Notes: generated by a model from the sequence alone, not told the origin. A stretch of DNA of 64,000 nucleotides from Felis catus (GCF_018350175.1 NC_058368.1:5146001-5210000); one strand, 5' to 3'. Positions 1 through 12,744 are shown, counted from the first letter of the stretch. Translations and numbers: made by a program.

Positions 1-672
1 AGCTTTTTGGTTTGAGGTAGTCTCACCTGTTTATTGTTTTGCTTTTTGTTGCCTTTGCTTTTAATGTCAAATTCAAAAAAATTCATCACCAAGACCAATG
101 TCAAAGAGCCTACTGCCTATGTTTTCTTCTAGGTGTTTTATTGTTTCAGGTCTTACATTCAGATCTGTAATCCACTTTGATTTAATTTTTTGTGTATGAT
201 ATAAGATAGTGGTCCAGTTCCACTTTTTGTGTGTGTGGTTGTCCAGTTTTCCCAACACCGTTTATTGAAGAGACTTCCCCTTCCCCATCATATATTTTTG
301 GCTTTTTCTTTTTGTCGTAAATTAATTGACCATGTATGCCTAGGTTTATTTCTGGGCTCTCTTTTCTGTTCCGTTGGACTATGTGTCTGTTTTATGCTAA
401 TGCTATACTGTTTTGATTACTATGGCTTTGTAATACAGTTTGAAATCAGGAATTATGATGCCTCCAGCTTTGTTCTTGTTTCTCAAGGTAGCTTTGGCTA
501 TTTGGGGTCCTCTGTGGTTCCATACAAATTTTAGAATTGTTTTTTCCTATTTCTGTGAAAAATGCCATTGGGATTTTGCTAGAGCTTGCACTGAATCTGT
601 AGATTGCTTTGGGAAATACGGACGTTTTAACAATATTAATTCTTCCAATTCATGAGCATGCTATATCTTTCT
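1..672 (-). mobile_element. LINE-1 ORF2 fragment
   Basis: Minus-strand peptide [25 protein letters not shown] is typical of the L1 ORF2p C-terminal region. Confidence 0.9.
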
Positions 673-829
673 ATGACTTCCTTCTTGCCAAGATGTTCAG
701 AGATGCCTATGTGTGCATGCACGTGGGTGAGGGGATATTAGTTGTCACAATAACTGGGGACCAGGGATGCTCAACATTTTCCAATATACAATATGTCAGT
801 AGAAGCTGTGCTAGAAAACACTGGTGCAA

Positions 830-1465
830 AGACACAGGAGGTGAACTGAGACACCATTCCTGCTCTCCGACTAAGAAATGAGGGATACTTGCATCAGGCT
901 GGGGCACTGTGGGTGATGAGGAAGCTTGATGATTCCGTGTATATTTTGAAGCTGGAGTTGACAGGACTTGTGGACCGATGGAATATGAGGGGAAGACTAA
1001 GAGAAGAATGAAAGGTGACTTAAGGATTTGGGGAAAAACGGAGTTGACGTTCCTTGGAAGGGCAAGGTTGAGGGACCGGTGGGGGAGAAGGAGCGGCAGA
1101 ATCACAGGTGCGGTCAGCTATTGTAAGTTTGAGACACCTCCGGACATACCAGTGGGCATCTCGTAGTAGGCAGATGAAAAGAGGCATCTGAAAAGAGATT
1201 CTTGAGGGGGAGATTTAAATTTTGGAGTTTTACTAGGCCAGGTGATTAACAAAAGAGGGAGTTAGAAAAGGGAGAAGCCGTGGGGCTTTCCAACAAAAAA
1301 AAAGTCAGAGTGATGAGCAGGAGACAGCCAAGGAGACTTAGGAAAACCGTCCAGTGAATTAGAAGGAGAAAGAAGGTAACATCGAAGGCAGAGGAAATCA
1401 CTAGTCACCTTTGGCAGCATGGTTGGGTGCAACGTCGGGGAGGAAGATCTGCCTGGAGTGGGGTC
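830..1465 (-). mobile_element. LINE-2 fragment
   Basis: Purine-rich antisense L2 motifs (gtaagtttgagacacctccggacataccagtgg). Confidence 0.7.
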
Positions 1466-1769
1466 ACCGGGAGGGGGGAGATTCCCAGCCTTCCCCTGAT
1501 AGCACGTCCTCCCTGCTTAGTACAAATATAACCTCTGGACAGAACACAAAAACACTACTTGCGGATGTTGAAAAATATGCAACCGAAGGCAGCTGTCGAA
1601 CAGGGGCCAGTTTCCTTTTTCTTTTAATTTTCGTCTTTTTTCTCAATGCTTTGCCCCCAGGGCAGGCTCTACTAGCTTCTCAGTGCATTTCAGGAGACTA
1701 AAACTCCAGTAGAAACGTCCCAGTCTTTCTGGCCAGAGGATTCAGGTAAAGGAGGCCCACGAACTGGAA

Positions 1770-1979
1770 AGAGAGAGTGTGTGTGTTAGCCTGGTGAGAG
1801 CATGTGGGCAGGGGAGTGGCAGAAAGAGAGGGAGAGAGAGAGAATCCCAAGTAGGCTCCACGCTGTCAGCGCAGAGCCCGATGTGGGGCAGGATCCCACG
1901 ATCCTTGAGATGGTGACCTGAGCGAAACCAAGAGTCAGACGCTTCACCGCTTCACCCACGGAGCCACCCAGGCGCTCCC
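1770..1979 (-). mobile_element. Can-SINE (older)
   Basis: (GA)n region through gagccacccaggcgctcc. Confidence 0.85.
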
Positions 1980-4190
1980 AAATTTACCTTCCTACTGTCA
2001 GTGTTTGTGAGGTTCTGTTTTTCTGCATCCACACTAGAAACGATAATGAGAGATTCCTTAATTTTTGCTGGTCTAATTGGTATTAAACGGTATCTGTGAT
2101 GGTTTCAATCTTTACTAAATGACTAATAAGGTTGAGAATATTTTCATATGTTTATGGGCCATTCATATTTTTCTTTCCAGTTAAATATGTGACATCTTTT
2201 GCCCATTTGTTTTCCTATTGGGTTGTTTACCTTTTTCTTATTAGTTCATAAATTGTTAACTGTTCATTCTTTGTTGGTTAAATAAGTAACAAATGTTTAA
2301 TTACGGTTCATGGCTTGTCTTTTTCATCTAGAGTGTCTTTTGATGAGTGGAAGTTCTTACTCTTAATGTAGTTAAAAGTATTCATTATTTTCTTTTATGA
2401 TTTTATGGATCTTTGGGGGGGGTGTTTAAAAAAAATTTCCCTACTTAGAAGTCATAACAATACTTGTTCTTTCCACCTGAAGCTGACTCATGAGTGGTGT
2501 GAGAAACAATTTCATTTTTTTTATATGGAAATTCAGCACCATTTATGGAATAATCTATTATTTTCCCAGAGGCTTCCAGAGTGGAACCCGGCACAGGTTA
2601 AGTTTCACATACGTGCGTGCCTCTTTCTCACTATTCTGTTCCACTGGTCTATTTATCTCTCCCAGTATCAATTCTGTATTGACTTGTTATAGAAACTAAA
2701 TCACAAACTTAATTGTTATAACTTTATAATATATCTAGTAGGTTAATTCTATTTTGTTCTTTCTTTTGGACTATGTTGTTTATTCTTGGCCCTTTTCTAG
2801 GAAGACGAACATCTGCTTTTCAAGTTTCATGGAAATTCCTGTTGGAAACTTGCTTTAAATTCCATTGACTTTATGGATTAATTTATGCATAATTATATCA
2901 TATAACACTGAATTTTTCCATCAATGAGCATGGTATGAGGTTCCATTTTTGGGGGACTTTTTAATGTCTTTTAATAAAGCTTTATAACTTTTTCCCATAA
3001 TAGGATTTGCACTCTCTCTATTTGTATAATGAATTTATATTCAGCAAACTTGCTAAACCCTTATTCTAATAATTTAATTGTATATGTGTTACACATTTCT
3101 ACCTTGACAGTCATATCCTGTGCAAATAATCCATTTTGTTTCTTCCTCTGCAGTCCTTTGATCTTTCACCTGGTTTTATTCTCTTACCCTCCTGGCTGGG
3201 TGCACTGGATAATGTTAAATAGGAGGGGGAATGATAGTGTTCTTGTCTTTTTCCCGATCAGTATTTCACCATTAAAGTTTTATTTTTTTTAAGATTCTCT
3301 TTATCTTTATTTAAGATATTATTCAAAGATTTTTTTTAAAGATTCTCTTTATCTAGGTAAGCAAATTCCCTTGTGTACATTAAAAAAAAAATCAATAGGT
3401 ATTGAATTTCTTCCTTTTTCCGCATCCATTGAGATGAGAAAGATTTTCTCCTTTAATATGTTAATGCACTAAATTTCATGTATTTATTTTCTATTAAACT
3501 ACCTTTGCGTTCACAGGATAAACCAAACTTGGTCATAATGTGTATTACCTTTTCTTATAAAGTACCTCCGTGTGTGTGCATGCACATGTGTGTGTCTGTC
3601 TCTGTATCTTTCTCTCCACTCTCCCCATCCCACTATTTTATTAGTCTTTTGAAGGCATAAACTGTTGACTTTGTTGATACTTTGCATCCTGTCTTTTTTT
3701 TCCTATTTCATTAATTTCTGTTCTTATCTCTGGGCTCTTCTCTTTTCTTTGAGCTTACTCTGTTGCTCTTTTCCTAATTTCTAAAAATGGACATTTAGCT
3801 AATTACATTTTTGGTTATTTTTCATTTCTTGTTTTTTAAACATAAACATGAGGTCTCTAAATTTTCTTCCTGTGTCAATTTGGGATTATCCCACAAGTTT
3901 TGATAATTTTTATTAATGTTCAGTCCTAAGTATTTCTTGTCCAGCATGCATTCTTTGTCTCTACATTTCCGACCATATCCTTTAAAACTAAAATTTGAAA
4001 ATTTTATTTTTATTTATTTTATTATTTATTTATTTATTTATTTATTTATTATTATTAATGTTATTTATTCTTTAAAATTAAAATCAAATTTTTAAATTTA
4101 AAAATAAAAGTTTTATTTACATCGTTTATATCTTCTATGTTTTTGTACATTTATTTGTTTGCTTTCGGTACACTTGACCTATCGACAATG
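1980..4190 (-). mobile_element. Old LINE-1 (L1M-type) ORF2 region
   Basis: T-rich degenerate antisense L1 motifs (ttttgcccattt, cagcaccatttat, ccaaacttggtcat). Confidence 0.75.
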
Positions 4191-4199
4191 AAATGATGA

Positions 4200-4680
4200 G
4201 CAGTTACACAGCACTTGCTAAACACTGGGTGATGTTTCGGGCTGTTGGCATTAGTTATTAGGGAATTATTTTATTTTATTTTATTATTATTATTTTTTAA
4301 CGTTTATGTATTTTTGAGACAGAGAGAGAGACAGAGCATGAACGGGGGCGAGGCAGAGAGAGAGGGAGACACAGAATGGGAAGGAGGCTCCAGGCTCTGA
4401 GCCATCAGCCCAGAGCCCGAGGCGGGGCTCAAACTCATGAACCACGAGATTGTGACCTGAGCTGAAGTCAGACGCTTAACCGACTGAGCCACCCAGGCGC
4501 CCCTAGGGAATTATTTTAATCATCCTTTAAGGTGAATACTATCATTACCTTCATTTTACCTATGAGGAAATTGAAAGTAAATAAGTAATTTGTCCAAGAT
4601 CGCACAGCTAATGAGTACCAGAATAAGGAATCATACCTGACACTTTGGTTGCACAATGCATGCTCTTAACTGTTATACTA
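4200..4680 (-). mobile_element. MIR, split by a Can-SINE
   Basis: cattttacctatgaggaaattga...ccaagatcgcacagcta core. Confidence 0.75.
4274..4503 (-). mobile_element. Can-SINE (SINEC_Fc)
   Basis: Full length, TSD tagggaattatttta. Confidence 0.95.
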
Positions 4681-5464
4681 TGTGTCAATAACTCTGGTAT
4701 TCAAATCCCATATTACTGATGTATCTGTCATTTTCACACTGAAGTTCTATCAAGTTTTCATTATACACATTAGGGGTATTATGTTAGGTAAACTGAATCT
4801 TTTATCATTAGGCAGAACCCTCTTACCTCCAGTAATATTACTATTATGTTTTGTCTCTTATTAACATGGTCACTCCTGCCTTCTGACTATATCAGCATGA
4901 TGTAACCTTTCCATCTTTTGCTTTCAAACCTTTGGTGTCCTTATATTTTTGGCATGTCTCTTATAAATAGCAGTTAGCTTAATCATTAATTTTCATTTTC
5001 ATTTTTATTGGTATATGTGTATCTTATAGATTCAGATACTTAGTGCTTTTCAATATCTTTATTCTGTAGGAATTTTGTAATTAAAAAATTCCCCTTTCAC
5101 GAAACTGAGAGTTGTTAAATTTTCACTGGAAGGACCTCTTAAAATATGTTTGTTCTGCCAGGACTCTTTGAAGGGGAAGAAACACACAGACACACACACT
5201 CAAGCCCCTATCTGATTTTAACTTACTGGGTATGCTACATTTGGTTAAGTTTCATCAAATCTCTCCATAAAACTTTCAGAGGCAAAAAAAATTCAGTAAA
5301 ATTTTCAGAGGCAAAAAAATTCATATATCAATCCCATCAGGACTTGGAAAGTGTCACCTCACCCAGTTTCATTGGAAAATCATAATTAAACCTTCAGCTT
5401 CATTTGTAGCCTAGCCAAAAATAACACAAATATCCTTTTAGTGGCACATCCATTTGCTTTTCTT

Positions 5465-5850
5465 TTTAAATTTTATTTTACTTAATTTTTTTTACCATGA
5501 TAAGTTTATGTTACTTTTTTTTTTTAAATCTTGATAAGTGTACGTTTAATTCCCATCCCCTGTTTCTCCCATGCCCCCACCGACCTCCCCTCTGGTAACT
5601 CTCTGAACTCTATAGTCAAGAGTCTTATTTCTTGATTTGCCACTTTCTCCTCCTGTTTTTTTTTTTTTTCCTTTGCTTGTCTTTTTTGTTTTTTAAACTC
5701 CACATATGAGTGAAATCATATAGTATTTGTCTTTCTCTGACTTATTTCGCTTATCATTATACTCTGTAGATCCAGCCATGTTGTTGCAAATCACAAGATT
5801 TCATTCTTTTTTTATGGTTGAATATTCCACTGTATATAAGTACCACATCC
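5465..5850 (-). mobile_element. Carnivore LINE-1 3' end (older)
   Basis: ccacatatgagtgaaatcatatagtatttgtctttc 3' UTR motif. Confidence 0.85.
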
Positions 5851-6660
5851 TCTTCTTTTTTAAAATGCAATTTATTGTCAAATTGGCTTCCATACAACAC
5901 CCAGTGCTCATCCCAACAAGTGTGCTCCTCAATGCCCATCACTCATTTTCCCTCTCCCCCAGCCCCCCCCCCCCCATCCTTAGTTTGTTCTCTATATTTA
6001 AGAGTCTCTTGTGGTTTGCCTCCCTCCATCTCTGTTTGTATTTCTCCCCCTTCCCTTCCCCCATGGTCTCAAGATCCACATTTGAGTGAAAACATATGAT
6101 ATCTGTCCTTCTCTGATCCACGTTGCTGCAAATGGCATGATTTCATTCTTTCTTATTGCCAAGTAGTATTCCATTGTATATATAAACCCCATCTTCTTTA
6201 TCTATTTATCAGTTGATGGACATTTAGGCTCTTTCCATAATTTGGCTATTGTTGAAAGCGCTGCTGTAATTGAGGGATCAGAAAAATGGCGACCCCCCAG
6301 TCTGTCCTTTATGGACCAGGTGTTCCAAATCACTCTGTTCAAGCCGTCCTCACTGTGCCATGGGCACAAGTGAGGTGATTTGTCCTGCTCTCCCGACTCC
6401 CATGCCCTGGTGCTTGGCTGGGATTCAAACTCCTGCTCCATGAGCCCTGGTACTGGGGGAGTGCTGCCCCCACGCCACCCGATATATGGTCTCTGGCTGG
6501 CAGGCAGTCTTTGTCTTTTGAGCAGATAGAACCCCTCTTCTTACAGCACTCCAGGGAGGGTATCACTTTCTCCCACTGTGGACCGCACCCCAAACCTAGC
6601 CATGGAGCCTGGGGCTGGCTCCCCTCCTCTCTAGGTGCACGATCAGGGCAGCCGGTCTGG
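5851..6660 (-). mobile_element. Younger felid L1, internally deleted (3' end fused to 5' UTR-like segment)
   Basis: 3' end matches the L1 at 27427-28258; ORF2 tail ALSTIAKLWKEPKCPSTDK; abrupt switch to GC-rich sequence at ~6270. Confidence 0.75.
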
Positions 6661-8945
6661 ATCTCCTTGGGTTGATTTGGTTCCGGGCACTCTGTGCTTC
6701 CTGGGTGTGGTTTTCTGTTTCCTTCCCCAAATTCAGGAAGTTCTTAGCGATTATTTCTTCAAATAAATTTTCTGCCCTCTTTTCTCTCTCTTCTCCTTCT
6801 GCGATCCCTATGACGCTAATGTTAGTACATTTTTTGGTGTTACTGTGTTTCCTAAGTCTATTTTCATTTTTAATGTTTTCTTCTCGCTGCTGTTCAGCCT
6901 GATTGCTTTCTAGTACTCTGTTTTCCAAGGTGCTGATCCATTCCTCTGCTTCCTCAAATCTACTATTCATTCCATCTAGTGTATTTTAAATGTTTTTTAT
7001 TGAGTTCTTCATCCCTGATTGGTTCTTTCTTATGTTTTCTCTTTGTTAAGGGTCTCACTGAGGTCTTCCCCTGTATTTTTATGACTATTGCCTTAAAGTG
7101 TCTATCAGGAATATTACTTAGCTCTGTTAGTTAGCTCTCTTGTGTGATTTTGTCCTGTTTTTTTCATTTGGGACGTATGCCTTTGCCTCCCATTTTGTCT
7201 CTCTGTATCTCTTTCTACGTGTTAGGAAAGTCAGCTATGTCTCTTGTTCTTAAAAGTAGTGGCCTTATGAAAAGGTCCTGTAGTGCCCTGCAGTGCAATG
7301 TTCCCTGCTCACCAGAACCTCCCGTTTCGAGGGTGTCCTCTCTATGTGTTGCATTCCTCCTACTGTCGTGACCGAGTTGCATTCGCCTTCAGTCCAGTCA
7401 TGTGCGATGGATCTCTTTGTCTGGTACGGGCAGGGTTTGGCCCCTGTGTTGTGAGTTGGCTAGTCTGGGGCCATCCTGGGCTTGAGTTGAGTCAGAGCAG
7501 GCGTTTGCTAGAGATAAGGCAGCACTGAACTGCAGAGCCCTTTCCCTGTGTTGGGAAGCTTTTGTCGGTGGGCTGGGCCTGCATTCAGACCAGATGAATG
7601 GCCCCTACCCCCTGCTGGGGCTGCTGTCAGACTGACCCGTGTGGTTATCTTTTCCTCTCCCCGGGTAGGAGTCACTTTGAGGTTGTGTTGGTGACTGCGG
7701 GGGCTGCCTGCCAGGCTTACGGCATTGCTTTGGATGGGCTCTTGCCGAGGGCTTTCTGGAGGGGGCAGGTCTGCAGAAGGTGCGGGTGGGTAGTGGTGTT
7801 AGCAAAGTTTGTGCAGGTCTGCTGTGGGAGAGGATGCGGAGCTTGGGGAAGACTTCCTAAAGCTGTAGCTGCAGGACTGGAGGTAGTGAGTCCACAGGAG
7901 AACGCAAGGGCAGAGAAAATGGCGCTAGCCAGGTTTGGATAGGTCTGCTGTGGCAGAGGGCCTCGAGGCAAGGCCTGGCTGGGGGGGGGGGGTGTCTGAA
8001 GGTCATGGGGGTGGAGCACACCGTCAGCAAGTTAAGCGGTGGGTGTGGGTGCTGTCCTAGTTTCTGAAGGTGTCCCTGTGCCTAGACTGAGGGGCAGCGA
8101 AGGGAAATGGCAGCTGCCAGCAATTTTGTTCTTGGAGAAGCGGGCCAATGATCCCCGTGCCCCCAGTACGCACCCTGAGATTAGTAAACGAACGTCCCTT
8201 CCATATCCCCCGGGGTGTTTTTCAAAATCCTGCTTCTGTGTTATATCTCCATGAGGCTGTTTGTTGTGTTGTCTCTCTCTTTTTTTTAATTTTTTTTTTT
8301 TTTTGAAGGAGAGAGAGAGACAGAGCATGAGCGGGGCAGGGGCAGAGAGAGAGGGAGACACAGACTCCGAAGCAGGCTCAGGGCTCCGAGCTGTGGGCAC
8401 AGAGCCCGACGCGGGGCTCGAACCCACAGACCGCGAGATCATGACCTGAGCTGAAGTCGGACGCTCAACCAACTGAGCCACCCAGGCGCCCCTGTTGTCT
8501 CTTTAAGGGTGGGGACTCAGTTTCCCCTCGTCCTCCCAGCAACCCCAGAGCCAAGCCCACTGATTTTTAACATTCCACGTATTAAGCCCCGCTGGTTGTA
8601 AGAACTCAAAAAATTATGTCTCTGGTTTTCAGGATTTGTCTTCCCCATGCAGGTTCCTTGCACCCGGGGTGCCTAGTTTGAAGGTCTGTTCCTTTCCTCC
8701 CTCCAGGCCTCCGGCATCACTTGCTCTCAGGGATGGTCACATGGGTCCATTTAGCTCTGGACCATGTCTCTTCCCTTTCGACCCTCTTCCATGTGGCCTC
8801 TTGTCTAAATTTAGCTGTAGAGGGTCTGTTCTACCAGTCTTCGGGTCATATTCTGGATTATTTACACCGATGGGGATATTATCTAGTTGTATCTACGGGA
8901 CAAGGTGAGCTTAGGGTCCTCCTACTCTGACATCTTTCTCAGAAG
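6661..8945 (-). mobile_element. Carnivore LINE-1 5' UTR and ORF1 N-terminal half
   Basis: ORF1p peptide EEAEEWISTLE...NLFEEIIAKNFLNLGKE...INPRRS, followed by GC-rich 5' UTR. Confidence 0.9.
8280..8492 (-). mobile_element. Can-SINE inside L1 5' UTR
   Basis: Full length, TSD tgttgtctct. Confidence 0.92.
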
Positions 8946-9134
8946 TCCTTTACAGGTCTTTTAAACGAGAAAACAGTTGAACGTAGCTCTAGAAATATTT
9001 CTTTAAAAATATTTAAAAACTATTTTCCATCTATTCATTTTCTCAGCGTTCTTTTTCTGGAACCTCTATTAATCAGATTAGTTTTCTAATTAGCTATCCT
9101 TTCTCTCTTATTTCTCTAAATGCCTGGCTGCCGG

Positions 9135-9305
9135 GTGTTGTGTGCACCAAATATGCAGATGTGTCTGTGTGTGTGTTCGGGTCTGTGTCACAGTTTGTAT
9201 CTGTGCTTGTGAGTGTACGTACATGTATGCACGTGTCCTTGTATGGACGTGTCCCACGCATGGGAGTGTGTGTGCACACATTTTTGTGCGTGTGCATGTT
9301 TGTGT
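9135..9305. repeat. Degenerate (TG)n-rich tract
   Basis: Read directly. Confidence 0.8.
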
Positions 9306-10161
9306 AGACTATTTGGGGCGTCACAAAGTTTGTTTGCAGGCGTTCTTTCGACCTGCCCTCCCTCATGCTCATGGCTCTGAGATCTGAACCTTTCCCGGGT
9401 ACTGGGGGGGGTGGGGGAGACAGGCTCTGTCTTTGACTCTGTCCCATTCTATGCTCACCTGGAGGCTGTCGCTTCTTCCAGCCTGCAGAGCCTTGTCCAG
9501 GGTGTAAAAGATAACGTTCAGAAACAGACGTAAGTTCTCTACGGGAATCTAGATAGAATAAAGATCCACACCATAGGTGGCATTTCCAATGAGTGTGAAA
9601 AAAATGGCTAATTGAAGAAATGGTGTGGGCATTCCTGTTCGCCATTTAGAAGACAACAAAGCGGGACCCCCTGCCTTGTTCCGGAAAACAACATAAACCC
9701 CAGATGGGATGAAGAGTCAAATATGAAAAAGGGAACACACAAAAAATACCAGAATGGATCATTAAAAAAAAGTGTCACCTGGAGATAAAGAATGCCTTTG
9801 AAAAATGTCACGAAATCCAGAAAGCTGAAGGGCAAAACTGATAAGCAAGCTGCCTTCCTGGACATTACGTTTCTCGGGGCTGGCTGACCTCGCTCCCCAT
9901 GATTCTTTCCCTCCTTGAATGCTAGTGGTCCTGCGACTGTCCTGCACGGGCTAGCCGCTTCAATCCACACTCCTTTCACGGAGAGTCCCTGCAGGCTGGG
10001 CTGCTGACCACACCTTGGCCACTCAGACTCTGTCTGAGAAGTGTGAATCTGGAGCCGGGGTCCACGGGGTCAAAAGCGGAGCCCTTCCCAAGGCTCTGAT
10101 GCTCCCAGTTGCCTGCGGTTATGTGAGGGCCCATGTCCTTTCATGAATTCTGTACCTATTT

Positions 10162-10362
10162 GGGGCGCCTGGGTTGCTCAGTCCATTAAGCGACCGACTC
10201 TTGATCTCACCTCAGGTGATGACCTCACGGTTCACGGGTTCTAGCCCCGAGTTGGGCTCCACCCTGGCAGTGCGCAGCCTGCTTGGGATTCTTTCTCTCC
10301 TCTCTCTCTGCCCCTCCCCCCGCTCTTTCTCTCTTTCAAAATAAGTAAATAAACATTAAAAA
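10162..10362 (+). mobile_element. Can-SINE (older)
   Basis: ggggcgcctgggttgctcagtc head, CT region, A-tail. Confidence 0.9.
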
Positions 10363-10759
10363 CATTGTATTTCTGTTTAAGTTAGCCAGAGCCAATGTTT
10401 ATGACTTACTCTCAGACAACTCTGGCAAATGGAGAGCTGGATGGGGTGGGGGTTGGGGGAGCATCCCTGCCTTGCTCCTCCCCACTCCTCCCATAAAGCA
10501 TTCTAAACCAGTTGAAACAAAAGTAACAAAGTGGGAAAATATTTACAGTAAGAATAAATAAATAAAGAACATTAAGGGCCAATTCACAAAATGAAAACAC
10601 TACCAATAAATACCTGAGACAATGGTTAGTCTTTCTAATGAGCAAAGGTATGCAGACTTTAAAAAAAAATCAAGTATTTAAAACATCTATTAGGCTTTCC
10701 TGGTGGCAGAGTAAGCCACAGGCTGTATTTTCCAAGGCACAGTTGATTTTTCTTTCAAG

Positions 10760-10860
10760 TTTCTTTCTTTCAAGTAGGCTCCACACCCAGCGTGGGGCTT
10801 GAACTCACGACCCTGAGATCAAGAGCCGATGCTCTATCACCTGAGCCAGCCAGGTGCCCC
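10760..10860 (-). mobile_element. Short tRNA-Lys-like Can-SINE
   Basis: gaccctgagatcaagag...ctgagccagccaggtgcccc. Confidence 0.8.
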
Positions 10861-10949
10861 TCAAGGTAATCTTTTCTAAACTGCAAATCTCGATTTCCTT
10901 ACCTTCTGGACGTTTGGTTCTGTTTCCCAATGCCTTGTCTATTGACCGG

Positions 10950-12300
10950 CTGGCGGCAGGCTTGCCCCTTGCGTCCAAGCTGCACCCGCTGCACCGAGGA
11001 GAGCTGGCCTGAGTTGGGAACGCCATGGGGCCAGGTTGGCCTGAGGATCCCTGCGCTTCTGCTCTGGGCTCTCAGCCAGCCGCGACCCCCGCCCCAGACC
11101 TCTCCCCCCCTTCCTCCCCCTGGTTCCCCCCCAGACCCCTCCCCCTGGCTCCCCCCACCCCTCCCCCTGGCCCACCCTCAGACCCCTCCCCCTGGTTCCG
11201 CCCCCAGACCCCTCCCCCTGGCTCCCCACCCAGACCCCTCCTCCTGGCTCCCCTCCCCCCACCCGTCTCACACCCCCCCCCACTGCACACGGACCGGTCC
11301 GCGTCTCAGAGCCGCATCCTCCCCCTGGTGCTGCCGGCGTGGCTCCGTATCTGGAGCTTTACCGGAGCCCACCGTGCACCTCTGTAAAATTGCCGGCACT
11401 GCCTGGGGGCCGCGGGTAAGGAAGGAGTGGCAGCGGAGTGCGACGGAGTGTGCGACTGCCAGGTGGCAGCGGCGGCGGCTGGGGGGCAGACGCGCAGAGG
11501 GAAGGAGGAACAGGAGCCCCAGGGCAACGCGGGTGGTGGGGGGAGGCAGAGGGCTGGCGCGTGGAAGGGCTGGCTTGGGCCGGCGTGGCCGTGCGTCGGT
11601 CCCTGCACCCGCGTACGTGCGCACGCAGGGGGGGGGGGTGAGGACGCGCGCGGCCTGCCGAGGTGTCCGAGCGTGCAGGCGTGGGAGTGGGGAGCCCCCG
11701 AGCGCGGCGGCGGAGCTCCAGGGAGAGGCAGGGCTCGGGGCTGCAGGCGGCGTCCAGGGCGCGGGGGCGGGGTGGGTGGGAGGAAGGGAAGGGGCTCGGT
11801 CTCTTTGCCCTAACTCCTGCCTTTTCTCTCCTGCCTCCCCCTGCTCTTCTGCACGTACCCTGCCTGTGCTCGTTTCCTCTCACGGCTCAGGACACGCGCA
11901 GGAGGACCCCAGGCCTGGTCGCCCCCTTGAACACGGCGGGCTGTTGCCGGGAGAGCCGCCCGGGGACGCGAGCACGTCCTGTGGATGAGGGGTGCCGGCA
12001 CCCGGGCACGCGCAATGGTTACCTACGCTTAGGGGCCGGATTCCACGTTCCGCCCGTGAAACGCGCGCCCCGCTCTCCAGGACGGGAGGGGATGTTTACT
12101 AGGCACATTGGACAGACTGGTTTTCCAAAGTGAAGTCATAACTGAAATGCTGTATGTTGCCGTTGTGCTCGGTGTGCTCGGATGCGCACTGGTGAGGCTT
12201 CATCTGTGCGCGCAGCGCGCCTCCATTATCACAGAAGCGGGGCACAGCGCGGTGGGGAGATCTCGGACACCTCCAGCCGAGGCCACCTGCCACTCCCCAC
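10950..12300. promoter_or_regulatory. Second (orphan) CpG island
   Basis: About 1.3 kb of GC-rich, CpG-dense non-TE sequence 11 kb upstream of ATP8A2. Confidence 0.8.
11090..11262. repeat. C-rich minisatellite, ~6 imperfect 25-30 bp units (AGACCCCTCCCCCTGGCTCCCC)
   Basis: Repeated CCCTCCCCCTGG cores read directly. Confidence 0.85.
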
Positions 12301-12744
12301 CTTCCAGGGCCCTCCGGACTCCATCTTCTCTCCGTCCCAGCTTTCCCACCTGGCTCCTGTCTGGGGGCAGGCCTGCAGAGAGCTGATTCCTGTCCTTCCC
12401 CACGGGGACAGTGGCTTGGGGTGGCCTGAGCGCACTCTTGTTACTCTGCCAAAATGCAGCCTAAAGCATTCTGATGGTTAAATAATTCAGAAAACGTTCA
12501 TCTGTCTTTGCTGCTCCTGTGAAACTCAGATCAAGTAAGTAGAAAAGAGCAGGGGAAAAAAATGTTTAATGTGATGTGAACATTAATCTTTCTCAAGGAT
12601 CTGTAGCCCACAGAAATGATAAATCAGATAGCCAGCCAAATATTATATGTTAACTTCTCAAAATGTTGTCTTCAAGTTATGTTCATGCAAGTGATTCTCC
12701 AATATTCAGGAATCAGTTTGCCAAAAGGGTATTTTGGGGGGCTT

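Larger units (their letters stand above)
1661..11034 (+). pseudogene. Candidate relic exons of a decayed gene (1661-1745, 5162-5229, 9482/9489-9529, 10960-11034)
   Basis: AG/GT-bounded segments in unique gaps between TEs; first three phase-compatible; single stops TAG 1673 and TGA 11010. Confidence 0.3.

Noticed and set aside
1519..1588. Possible extra relic exon (…PLDRTQKHYLRMLKNMQPK) before 1661
   Set aside because: Would need a non-consensus GC donor and contains a stop; too speculative without alignments.
10930..11988. 352-aa Pro/Gly/Arg-rich ORF
   Set aside because: Runs through the C-rich minisatellite and CpG island; low complexity, with comparable ORFs in other frames.
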